Sequence record: NC_007623.1
DNA length: 64,000 bases
Strand: one strand, 5' to 3'
Part shown: one piece after another, positions 43,602-52,714 of the stretch
How positions within the stretch are numbered: position 1 is the first letter of the stretch
How the letters are laid out: the number at the start of each line of letters is the position of its first letter
Notes under the pieces: model-generated
The model's input: the letters and a program-made list of their open reading frames with translations, nothing else
Told to the model about the DNA's origin: nothing
Databases searched by the model: none
Program-made: the position numbers and the translations under genes

Positions 43602-46424
43602 TTAAAAGAGTGAGAGAACACTCCGGGAGGTATACAAGGAATGGGTTTCAGGTTCATCCCCCATATCAAACATTTCTTGGCCGGTGATATTACCCAACAA
43701 CTCATGGCCCTGTTCTTTACTCATAAGAATGTCCACTTGTTCCTTAGACCATTCCATGATGTTAATACTGCGGGTCATAATGTTGAGTTTATCCCCGGTG
43801 TCCATATCCAAGAGTTTAAAGTAACAGGGAGCATCCTGACCGGTACGCCAGGTACGGGCTTGGACCTGTTTCACTTCATACTCTCGGAAAGGGGCATTCA
43901 ACAGAATGGTCAGGTTCGCCATAATCAAGGGATACCCTTCCTTCAGGGAATCAAAGATCGCAATCAACGCACGGAGAGTGGGGTCTTTCTCAAAGCGTTT
44001 GATATTGGTGTCTCGTTCGTTGCTGTTTTCACCGTATACTGTCACATTCGGATACCCGACCTTCGTGAGGTATTCCTCGCAGAGTTTAAGGGCATCCACG
44101 TAGGAGGTAAAGATCAGAGTCTTCTTCTCCACGTTATCGATGAGCTCAGGGAGTCCTGCGTGCGCAATGGTGTCTTTAATAGCGTTAATACGGGCTCGTC
44201 CTAAAACGTTCCCTAAGGCCTCTCCACGCAGTTTTAGACCCAAGTACTTAACCGCGGACTTAATGTTCCTGAAATCCTTCAGGGTGGTCCCTTTAAGGCC
44301 CTTCTCGATGTCTTCTTCCACCAGCTTACAGAACTGACTGTCTTGGTTATCCGTAAAACTGTTGTACCCCCGGGTTCTGAACCGGTGAACAATCTGTTTG
44401 TACTTCACCAGATTCTCAACCGCTTTAGCATTCCCCTGGATAGACAATTCATACGACGTCATAACATCGTTGTAGAATTCCAGGAAGCTCGGCATATGCT
44501 TCGTATAGAACGCAATCCGTTCTCCAATGTAAATCTGCATTTGGAGGCGAATAGCATCCAAGGTGTATTGATCCGAATTCGGGATCTTCACCTTAACCAG
44601 TTCCATAGGAGGAGGATCGCCCAATCCCACCAGTTCAGGAATGGTGAACTTCATACGTCCAATACGTCTACTCAGCAAATCCATTAACGAGGGACGGTTA
44701 CGTCCATAGGACGCCATAAAGAACTCCCGAGCCTTCTTATCGAAGTAGGGATCGATCATACAGGTCGTTGGGAAGATTTCACTCCCCTGAGCCTTTAGCG
44801 GCGTCCCTGACATCGGAAGGTGATGCCCGAACAGTTCCATGTCGCACCATTCGATCAACTTCCGTGTACGGGCTGCTTTAGGGTCATTGAAGTTCTGGGA
44901 TTCATCCAGAATCATCTTCAAAGCGCCTTTATGCTTCTTACTCAGCGCAATGAGGAAGTTCTCCAAGTATTTCCCCATACCACTGGTCATGTAATCGTAA
45001 TGGACGATGTAGAAGTCATACCCTTCTTCTAAGACCTTACCGCTGATACTGGTCCAGATACGGGGTGGAACCTTAAAGTGCTGGAGGGGTTGTTCTACCC
45101 AGACTTTATCCACAATGTTCATAGGGCAAAAGACAACCGTCGGAGCCGTATTGATCAATTGAGACCACGCCAAGGACGTAAAGGTATTGTGGGTCACGAT
45201 GTAGTCATCCACCACATACAGCTTCTCGTCATTATCCAAGGCAATGCAGCAAGTCTCTTGATTCTCCACTTTCTCCCAGTACGCCAGCTTCAGTTGCAGG
45301 TCTTCATACTGGGAGAAGTTATACATTCCTTGAATACGGGGATTGTCTCCAATTAACCCAGTCATCATCTTGCCGACGTCTCGGTGCTTAAAGTCAACCT
45401 TATACAAACCGTTAACCAACACTGGCTCCGTAGCTGTTCCTCCAATGGACCACATCAACCGACGGAAGTTCTCCATCCCAATCCGGTTCTCGTGATACGC
45501 GGATAAGACGGATTCACTGATTAAACACCCCACGTGTTCAATCACCGATGTGACTATATTAAAGCGATCCCGATACGGGAGCTCCAATACGTTGTCCCCT
45601 ATTACAACGTCGGTATTGACCAGCTCCCTTGCAGCGACTTCAGAAGACGTATCGCAATGGGGGTTGCATCCATTGATCTCACCCACTAAGGGGAAGTACA
45701 CATCCTCTTTACGGGCTTTATGGAGTACTTCCAACGTGGTTAAGATTTCATCGACCCCATTCACCGTGGTTTTCCACAAATGATACGGATGAGAGTCAGC
45801 CGTTCTACCGTCTTCGAAATAGAAGCGATAAACTTCCGTGATCCCCTGGGGGTAAATACTCTCCACACACGCGGTATCACCCCCGGGGGTCACTACGATA
45901 TCCTTGACCTTTAGGTCACCCAAGGCTTTCCACCCATTTGGGACTTTAACCCGGGTTGAGAGAGGCATGGCTTTTCCTGAACCCGGTTTAGCATCCAACA
46001 ACATCCCTTTCAAGTGATAACTGTTCACAATGATAGGGTATTGCTGAAGAAAGTCCAACTGCTGAGGAAAGGGAACTGTGTTGAACTGATTCAGTTTCTT
46101 AAGATCAAAAGGTTTACCTCCCGGATTAACCGTATCTTTAATCCAGGTCTCGGTTTCAATGAGTTCCTTCAATTCACTCAACGCTCGTCTGCGGGTACGG
46201 AGGTTCCGTATTTTGAGGAGTTCCCCCACAATGTGGTGCAATTCTACCAGGAAGAAGTTATGCACCTTAATGGTGTCCCAGGATTCGCGTCGAATCTGAT
46301 GTTTCGTTAAGAGAGAAGTGCTGTAGAACTTCTCAATGTCTTTGGCTAAATCGTAATAGGACACACCCGTAATGTGTACGTAGTCTCCCGTTTGTTTGAT
46401 CTTAACTGAAAACAGTCCTAACAT
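43602..46424 (-). CDS. SF2 (SNF2/DEAD-like) helicase containing an intein
   Basis: Walker A KPGSGK/T split by the intein; LDESQ (motif II), SGTP (III), LIFTSY, KEGYPL, QVQARTWRTGQ (VI). Confidence 0.9.
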   Translation of the reverse strand: MLGLFSVKIKQTGDYVHITGVSYYDLAKDIEKFYSTSLLTKHQIRRESWDTIKVHNFFLVELHHIVGELLKIRNLRTRRRALSELKELIETETWIKDTVNPGGKPFDLKKLNQFNTVPFPQQLDFLQQYPIIVNSYHLKGMLLDAKPGSGKAMPLSTRVKVPNGWKALGDLKVKDIVVTPGGDTACVESIYPQGITEVYRFYFEDGRTADSHPYHLWKTTVNGVDEILTTLEVLHKARKEDVYFPLVGEINGCNPHCDTSSEVAARELVNTDVVIGDNVLELPYRDRFNIVTSVIEHVGCLISESVLSAYHENRIGMENFRRLMWSIGGTATEPVLVNGLYKVDFKHRDVGKMMTGLIGDNPRIQGMYNFSQYEDLQLKLAYWEKVENQETCCIALDNDEKLYVVDDYIVTHNTFTSLAWSQLINTAPTVVFCPMNIVDKVWVEQPLQHFKVPPRIWTSISGKVLEEGYDFYIVHYDYMTSGMGKYLENFLIALSKKHKGALKMILDESQNFNDPKAARTRKLIEWCDMELFGHHLPMSGTPLKAQGSEIFPTTCMIDPYFDKKAREFFMASYGRNRPSLMDLLSRRIGRMKFTIPELVGLGDPPPMELVKVKIPNSDQYTLDAIRLQMQIYIGERIAFYTKHMPSFLEFYNDVMTSYELSIQGNAKAVENLVKYKQIVHRFRTRGYNSFTDNQDSQFCKLVEEDIEKGLKGTTLKDFRNIKSAVKYLGLKLRGEALGNVLGRARINAIKDTIAHAGLPELIDNVEKKTLIFTSYVDALKLCEEYLTKVGYPNVTVYGENSNERDTNIKRFEKDPTLRALIAIFDSLKEGYPLIMANLTILLNAPFREYEVKQVQARTWRTGQDAPCYFKLLDMDTGDKLNIMTRSINIMEWSKEQVDILMSKEQGHELLGNITGQEMFDMGDEPETHSLYTSRSVLSLF
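45186..45971 (-). mobile_element. Class-3 intein (262 aa, Ala-initiated) with degenerate endonuclease remnant
   Basis: GSGK/AMPLSTRV...HPYHLW...ETCCI...IVTHN/T; W-C-T triplet in blocks B, F and G. Confidence 0.9.
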
Positions 46425-46453
46425 TGAAGTCGTCCTTAAAGAAGGGGTTTAAA

Positions 46454-47620
46454 ATGCGTCAAGTAGAAGTAGGATCCGCGGTCTATAACAACCTGGCTCG
46501 TCTATACGACCACCTGTGGGGTGGAGAATTGGTTGAGGTAGGCCAACGGGTAGAAGGGGAAACGGAATATCGAGATGTGCTGACCCTCGGAGATGTCGAG
46601 ATCCATTACTTCTTTACCCTCAATAAAGAAGGTAAAGAAGAAGCCTACGTGCGGTATACCCGTGACAACGGTACCCTCACGTTCCGACTGAACGAGAAGT
46701 GGACCCAATACCTCTTCAATGACGAAATCTTCACCATTCCAGAAGAGATCGTAGAGGGTATGGGGAGGGTCTCTATAGAGTTCCCCAGTAGTTGGTTACA
46801 GGTCGCGGCTAAACACCCCGCTGATGATGTGCTTCAAGATGACCTGAAAACCACGGATAAACTGGTGATTAAGCTCTCCAATAAACTCCGTCATGCCGTG
46901 GATGTTATCACCAAGAAAAGCAACCATTTGGTTGAATGGGTGGGTAAACGTGACCACGACCTCTACCTCACGTTCAAAACCAAGAAAGACGACCTTTCTT
47001 ACTTTACGGTTCGGTTTGATAAAGTCTACCCCGAAGTCCCTAAAGAAGGGATTACCCTCGGGGAAGGGGAAACGTTGGAGATTGATAACCCCGATAACCG
47101 TCAGGAAGTTAAGGACCTTATTAAGACTATCGGTGAACTGGAACACCAAGTGAACCGACAGATTCAATATTACCGCAAGCATGCAGACCTGACTGACGCG
47201 GGTAAAGCACTCTTCGAGCAGGAAGTCCGTACCCTTCTATTTGCCGCCAGTCACTTCAGCAAACGCATTTATCCTTTCAACAGTGTGCATGGTAAGGAAT
47301 GGTTGGATAAGGCGGCTAACGAGATCCTGGAGCGCCTGTACGCCTATAAAGCCACCACAGACGTTCCCTTCGGGTTGGATGTGAACAGTTGGTTCGTGTG
47401 GAGTTATCCACTGGATGGAAGTGAGCCGGTTAAGGTCACGGATGAATCGGTTGACTTTATTGAGTGCGTACTTAATCGGTACACGGAGAGTTTTGTTGAT
47501 ATCCTGACGGGTTTCCTGATGGATTTGAACCACACGGAAGTCATCCGTCCGTATCACTACGTGGTGCCTGCTGACCTCAGTGACGGATACTCGATCGGCT
47601 CGATTCGTCGGGTAAAATAA
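46454..47620 (+). CDS. Hypothetical protein
   Basis: AAGGGG RBS before ATG 46454; divergent from the helicase. Confidence 0.7.
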   Translation: MRQVEVGSAVYNNLARLYDHLWGGELVEVGQRVEGETEYRDVLTLGDVEIHYFFTLNKEGKEEAYVRYTRDNGTLTFRLNEKWTQYLFNDEIFTIPEEIVEGMGRVSIEFPSSWLQVAAKHPADDVLQDDLKTTDKLVIKLSNKLRHAVDVITKKSNHLVEWVGKRDHDLYLTFKTKKDDLSYFTVRFDKVYPEVPKEGITLGEGETLEIDNPDNRQEVKDLIKTIGELEHQVNRQIQYYRKHADLTDAGKALFEQEVRTLLFAASHFSKRIYPFNSVHGKEWLDKAANEILERLYAYKATTDVPFGLDVNSWFVWSYPLDGSEPVKVTDESVDFIECVLNRYTESFVDILTGFLMDLNHTEVIRPYHYVVPADLSDGYSIGSIRRVK

Positions 47621-47632
47621 CGAAAACGACTA

Positions 47633-47666
47633 TACTCCAGGAGAGCCGTTGGGCTCTCCTGGAGTA
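47633..47666. terminator. Bidirectional hairpin between convergent genes
   Basis: TACTCCAGGAGAGCC-gttg-GGCTCTCCTGGAGTA. Confidence 0.7.
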
Positions 47667-47673
47667 GTCGGTA

Positions 47674-48306
47674 TTACGGTACACCCAATCGAGACTCTAG
47701 ATCCTTAATGTATTCATCCCTGGCCACTAAGGCCGCTTCCAGATCTCGAATACGAGACAAATCATTACTGTCATCCGTAATCGTGTTCTTGCGGGTGGTT
47801 TCAAACACATCATGCTCATTCTTCGAGACATACCCAATGACCGGTACAGTTCCCAAAGTGGATTTCCCTTCCACTCCGAAATGGGCTTTGATGTAGGTAT
47901 CGAAATGTTGCATCGCCAAGACAAGGTTATCCTTCATCTCAGGGGGTAACGCACCACAGTCGGTGACAATACACATGCGTTCGTACGAATACCCATCTAC
48001 CAACGGGAAACTCTTCAGGTAGGTAGTCAGCACATAGACCGGAGGACCACTCCGCGGTATTAACGACACCACCACGGCGTTTTCACTGATCGCCTTTTCC
48101 AGTACCGCAGGGTAATCTGCTTCGCTGAGTCCAATGGGTTTAAAGACCCGCTCGTAGATCTTAATCTTCAATCCCTGCATTTCAGGGATCGTTCGAGTGG
48201 CCTCTACGGTGTAGAACGTATTGGGATTCACCACGGTTGAGAAGGGTGCGATAGCTTCAAACCGTCCGGCTGCACCAATGGCTGGAATGATGTTTTGCTC
48301 AGCCAT
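47674..48306 (-). CDS. Conserved phiKZ-like virion protein
   Basis: 210 aa; ..IP.IG..G.F....PF.. N-terminus; adjacent to another structural gene. Confidence 0.55.
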   Translation of the reverse strand: MAEQNIIPAIGAAGRFEAIAPFSTVVNPNTFYTVEATRTIPEMQGLKIKIYERVFKPIGLSEADYPAVLEKAISENAVVVSLIPRSGPPVYVLTTYLKSFPLVDGYSYERMCIVTDCGALPPEMKDNLVLAMQHFDTYIKAHFGVEGKSTLGTVPVIGYVSKNEHDVFETTRKNTITDDSNDLSRIRDLEAALVARDEYIKDLESRLGVP

Positions 48307-48309
48307 TCA

Positions 48310-49656
48310 TTAATCCTCCTCTACAATCCCGTCTTGAATCATTTGCCACCGGGTGAACATCACGTATTTCACTTTACCAATACGCTTGGCCACACAGACC
48401 TTATCCAAGCGAGTCAGACGGCTGACCCCGGGAGGCAGCAAAGAGAACGGCGTAACCACTTCAGCGGCTGCTACCAGGTCCTCCATTCCACGGATAAACG
48501 CCATAGTAGCCTCACCCATGGATCCAAAATCAGGATCCAGGGAGGGGATCAATTGGTACTGGGGAACAATTGAACGAATCTTCTGCATCCCTTGACGGTT
48601 GTTCTTTTTAGCTACAAACCCAATCTGAACCGATTTATACAGCATGGGTAGGGTTTGGAAGGATTTTATGATGAAGTCTTCTGGTATTGTTGGGACCAAG
48701 TACTGCTTGGCAATATCGATTTCAGTCTCACGATCGACAATGGGGGAGAACGAGCTAGCACCGGTGGTGCGGTCTACAATCCCAATCATGTCGAAACGGG
48801 GGATGGCATAGAACTCCAGCGGGTTGAAGAGATCGGGGATCTTTTCTTCCCAATCTTCACGAGGATACTTCGAATCTTTCAAGATTTCATCTTGAATCTG
48901 TTCGTAGAGCTGATCTTCCGCCTCGGTACCATTACCCCAGGACAGGATAGACCAGTACCCCATGTTGAACTTGCCGGTGTTAATCAGGTCAAGTATCTGG
49001 AATTCTTCGACGTTGCGCTCTGTATAGGGCCAGCCTGCATTCCGAGTCGCTTCATGTTCACGTTGCGCGATGACCGTCGGGGTTTCCCGTGCGAACCGCT
49101 CAGCAATCTGCTGATAGTTCATGGTCATCAGGTTGTCCATCTCGTTTAACGGGATGGGGTGGATAATCGTAAACTGAACACGGGGATATTGGATCAGGAA
49201 GTACGCGTCAGCCATCCACAAGTAGAACGGCTGCTTATCACCACCCACGACATGATAGCCACGAACAAAGCTCGGTAGCCAGATCGTGTTATTGGTGACC
49301 ATTTCACCAACGTCTTCAATCACAACATTGGTGGTGAATTGGGCTTTGAGTAGCGCAAGGGTGTTAGGACGACTGTCAGTGATTTTCCCGCTTAGAGCTT
49401 GTTCATACAACCAGTTGGACACACCGATTTGAGCTTCAGCAATCGCTTGCGGCATAACAATCTCTGTTCCATCGGTTTCGGAATAGAAATTGACCAATAC
49501 GGTTGCACTGGGAATGTTCGCAGCCAGGGTAAACTTACCCGGGTCTTTGGCGTAACTGTTGGACTTGTTCGACAGCTCGCCAATAGGGGAGGTTGTGAGT
49601 AGACTGTTGTCGTGAAGCTTTGCTATACTTGCGAAAGAAAGGAACGTGGTACTCAT
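48310..49656 (-). CDS. Conserved phiKZ-like virion structural protein
   Basis: 448 aa; IGELS..S.SY.KD and W...IPDLF...EFY..P.. motifs recalled from phiKZ-like structural proteins. Confidence 0.6.
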   Translation of the reverse strand: MSTTFLSFASIAKLHDNSLLTTSPIGELSNKSNSYAKDPGKFTLAANIPSATVLVNFYSETDGTEIVMPQAIAEAQIGVSNWLYEQALSGKITDSRPNTLALLKAQFTTNVVIEDVGEMVTNNTIWLPSFVRGYHVVGGDKQPFYLWMADAYFLIQYPRVQFTIIHPIPLNEMDNLMTMNYQQIAERFARETPTVIAQREHEATRNAGWPYTERNVEEFQILDLINTGKFNMGYWSILSWGNGTEAEDQLYEQIQDEILKDSKYPREDWEEKIPDLFNPLEFYAIPRFDMIGIVDRTTGASSFSPIVDRETEIDIAKQYLVPTIPEDFIIKSFQTLPMLYKSVQIGFVAKKNNRQGMQKIRSIVPQYQLIPSLDPDFGSMGEATMAFIRGMEDLVAAAEVVTPFSLLPPGVSRLTRLDKVCVAKRIGKVKYVMFTRWQMIQDGIVEED

Positions 49657-49689
49657 GATTGGCTCACCGTTGATGTAAGGAATACGCCC

Positions 49690-50145
49690 ATGGTTTTAGG
49701 TATTGCAAAGGAGATGGCGGATAGATTCATAGAATTCGTTCTTAAATTCTTCAAAGGGGAGTCTGCTGAAGACCAACTGAGCAAAGCCCTTAAAGTTTCA
49801 GTACTTACTATTGCCCTGCTACTGTTTGGTTTGTTTGCATTGTTGAGTAACAACCTCAACCTGCGCATGGATCTGGCGGATGCTGAAATTGGTCTGGCTA
49901 AGATTAATATGCTCTTCGACCCTACTGTGGGGGAAGGGGGACCTTTAAAAGAGTTCGTTCGTATCAATGATGCGTTGAGTCGACAACTAGACAGTGTTAA
50001 GAATCAAAATATCATCTTGTCGAAACGAACCATTACTGCAACGGCTGAAAACAAGGTACTTAAGGAACACCTACTTAAGGTCCTTGAAGAGAACAAGATT
50101 CTACAAAATAATAACCAAATGCTGTTGAGAAAATGTACACAATAG
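49690..50145 (+). CDS. Membrane protein: one TM helix plus coiled coil
   Basis: TAAGGA RBS before ATG 49690; TM VSVLTIALLLFGLFALLS; heptad C-terminus ending KCTQ. Confidence 0.6.
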   Translation: MVLGIAKEMADRFIEFVLKFFKGESAEDQLSKALKVSVLTIALLLFGLFALLSNNLNLRMDLADAEIGLAKINMLFDPTVGEGGPLKEFVRINDALSRQLDSVKNQNIILSKRTITATAENKVLKEHLLKVLEENKILQNNNQMLLRKCTQ

Positions 50146-50211
50146 GGACCGGTTAAATTCCACAAGGATGTGTATCCCATGTACACGCACCTACTAGAAT
50201 GAGTTAACGTA

Positions 50212-51723
50212 ATGGAAGCCATCACACCGTCTGTCAACTGGGTTATGTACCTCCTGGTAGGACATAACAGCAAGTTAAAGAAAAACGGCTACTTCCTGGG
50301 TGGTCATGGGTATTCTTACGATATCCAACAAGAAGGTAAGCGTAAGCTAACCAAGGATGTCCCGACGTCGGCGGGGTATTATACCGGTAATCCTCAGAAG
50401 ACCAATACGGCTGTAACGATTCGGGATATTGTGTCGTTGACCGTAGTGAATGCGGAGAGTGAGCTGGAAGCCCTCTTGAAGGGATATTGGGAAGTCCTGA
50501 ATGCCCTTACCACCGATCCCATCCTGAAGAACCTGTGTGTCATTACCGAACACAAAGTCTTGGAAGCCTTGAGTAAGGTGGACAAGAAGAAAGTCGAAGA
50601 CGCTGAAGAGTTCAAACTCGGAAGACTGGTTTTAAGCGCAACGGAGCGAGCGGTGTTGTTAGACATCCTCACCTGCTTGGAAATAGCCAGTCAAACAGAC
50701 CGTCGGGTGGTCTTCGATTTCCCAGGTGTTGCAGAAGGGGGTCAAGGGAATAAGGAAGCTGCCAAACAAAGGGACCTTGCTGAAACGATCAGTCTGTTTG
50801 GGTTTAAGAAGGAAACCAACCTGGAAGTGGTTTCCCGTAAGGAGTATGAAAACCCAGAGGTGGAATTCAACAAGATCGTCAGTGCCTCTCGGTGGTATTT
50901 CAATACCTTGGATCCTGAAGCGTTCTATAAAGAACAACACGGGTATCGAGTGTACGGGTTTGGTAAAGTCGAACGGGATAAAACGTACTACGGTAAGCTC
51001 ACCCCGGATGTGACCTACTCCAAACTCTACACCAAACGACCCCTTCGTTTACTGGATAAGTTGTTTGACTTTACGGTACAACGGATTGCCAATCCCGAGG
51101 GGTATTTGTCAGCAGGGGATCTGAACCACATTGTTACCAAGGATGTGGCGCGGTTAGTGGATCATTTCCCAGGGGTTCCTAAGGAAAAGGAACTGATCTC
51201 CCCTTTCACCAAACAGAACACGAAACCGGTTCTGATTGAGCTTATATCCCCGGTCTTGATGTCGTATCGGATCAGGGATTTCTTAATTGGGATGGATATT
51301 CTGTTTGAAGGGTTTATGAACAAGGATACCGAGAACAGGTATGGGTATCTGACGTTCTACATTATCACGGATTTGATTTACCAGAAGGAAGTCAATGGAA
51401 AAGGGGTGGAGAAGCTTAAGCTGGATCCAGCCTTTACCCAGACTCGGGAAACGATCAGTTTAAAGGTCACTCATCCCAGCGCAATTAAACCGGTAACCAT
51501 CAAGCTGTCCATTGGGTACGACACTCCGGATCGGAACGCTTTTAATTCGATTACGGACCCTAAGGTTAAGGTCTGGTGTGTGACAGACACCCGGAACAAG
51601 GAAGGTTTGCGGTACGCGACGATTGTGGAGACGGATGAGTTTATCTATATCCATACGTCGGCGATTGCTAACCTTCGGGTGTTAACCTTGGCGGAGTTAG
51701 GACGAAGTACTGATAAAGCGTGA
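50212..51723 (+). CDS. Conserved phiKZ-like protein with degenerate RNase H-like N-terminal domain
   Basis: YFLGGHGYSY..., VNAESELEALLKG, LCVITEHK parallel RNase H secondary-structure elements. Confidence 0.45.
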   Translation: MEAITPSVNWVMYLLVGHNSKLKKNGYFLGGHGYSYDIQQEGKRKLTKDVPTSAGYYTGNPQKTNTAVTIRDIVSLTVVNAESELEALLKGYWEVLNALTTDPILKNLCVITEHKVLEALSKVDKKKVEDAEEFKLGRLVLSATERAVLLDILTCLEIASQTDRRVVFDFPGVAEGGQGNKEAAKQRDLAETISLFGFKKETNLEVVSRKEYENPEVEFNKIVSASRWYFNTLDPEAFYKEQHGYRVYGFGKVERDKTYYGKLTPDVTYSKLYTKRPLRLLDKLFDFTVQRIANPEGYLSAGDLNHIVTKDVARLVDHFPGVPKEKELISPFTKQNTKPVLIELISPVLMSYRIRDFLIGMDILFEGFMNKDTENRYGYLTFYIITDLIYQKEVNGKGVEKLKLDPAFTQTRETISLKVTHPSAIKPVTIKLSIGYDTPDRNAFNSITDPKVKVWCVTDTRNKEGLRYATIVETDEFIYIHTSAIANLRVLTLAELGRSTDKA

Positions 51724-51727
51724 ACAT

Positions 51728-51765
51728 TATACCTACTGGGAGGTGTGAACCTCCCAGTAGGTATA
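51728..51765. terminator. Bidirectional hairpin between convergent genes
   Basis: TATACCTACTGGGAGGT-gtga-ACCTCCCAGTAGGTATA, 17-bp perfect stem. Confidence 0.75.
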
Positions 51766-51774
51766 CGTATGTTA

Positions 51775-52617
51775 CTATTTTGCTTTGGTTACAATCGTCT
51801 CGGTCTGATCACGGAAGACGGCCGCCAGTTCGTTCAGGAGGGTCATCATCGCTCCGCAGATGTCCGTAAACTCCACAAAACGATTAACCACCAACTCCAC
51901 TTCGGTCAGAATCTTCTCATCCACGACGAGATCATTGGTTTTGATCTTCTCAACCAGGAGTTGTCCCAGTTCATAGACCCGAGACAATTCCCGACTGGCC
52001 ATTTCAACATCCCGAGCGCCCAGTAGCTTGGCCGACACGTTGTAGGTTTCCAGTACGTTGTACAGTTCTTCGAAATTGACGTAAACTTCACCCAGGGTAC
52101 ACGTCTTGCGGTGGGGGTTGGATGGGAGACCTTTAAGGAACTGTTCGGAACGGTCCAGTACCGTATCGAAGTTGGTAATGGTCCAACGGAAACGGGTTTC
52201 AGGACGACCGGTCTTAATCAGTTGTTTAAGCCAATCGTATAGTCGAATTGCTTCAGTTTTCATACTACTGACCAGATAGACCCCATCCGTGGCTACGAAT
52301 TGGGTATAAGCCATCATATTACCGAGGCCGGGTGTGTAGGTCTCCGGGACAATGACTGGCAACCCAGCGTTCTTAACAAAGAGAATCTCTTTCCGCTGGA
52401 TCGTTTTACGGAACTTTTCAACGTCCAGAGTGATAACCGACTTTTCGAAGGCGGCCAGACGGCGGTCTATAGAGGCACCGAACTCAGAGAAGAAAAGACC
52501 CACACTTTCCCCTACACTGAGTTTTTCAGCCCCCAGGACTGAGAGAAGCTGGGGATTCTTGATCCGTTCGATGAAGTCTTTCGATGTAAAGGAATGTTCC
52601 ATAACTGAAAATCTCAT
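51775..52617 (-). CDS. Probable head/virion protein
   Basis: Helical 280 aa; N-terminal LGAE candidate protease site. Confidence 0.5.
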   Translation of the reverse strand: MRFSVMEHSFTSKDFIERIKNPQLLSVLGAEKLSVGESVGLFFSEFGASIDRRLAAFEKSVITLDVEKFRKTIQRKEILFVKNAGLPVIVPETYTPGLGNMMAYTQFVATDGVYLVSSMKTEAIRLYDWLKQLIKTGRPETRFRWTITNFDTVLDRSEQFLKGLPSNPHRKTCTLGEVYVNFEELYNVLETYNVSAKLLGARDVEMASRELSRVYELGQLLVEKIKTNDLVVDEKILTEVELVVNRFVEFTDICGAMMTLLNELAAVFRDQTETIVTKAK

Positions 52618-52714
52618 GAGTATAGTTTGGGGAATGGGTTTTTACGCAGACCCATCTAAAGCAGGGCGTTGCCCTTTCAGCTAAAGTTCATAAAATACGA
52701 GGAATAAGAGGAAC

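Noticed and set aside
45400-45760. Active homing endonuclease inside the intein
   Set aside because: The central region is too short and lacks recognisable LAGLIDADG motifs
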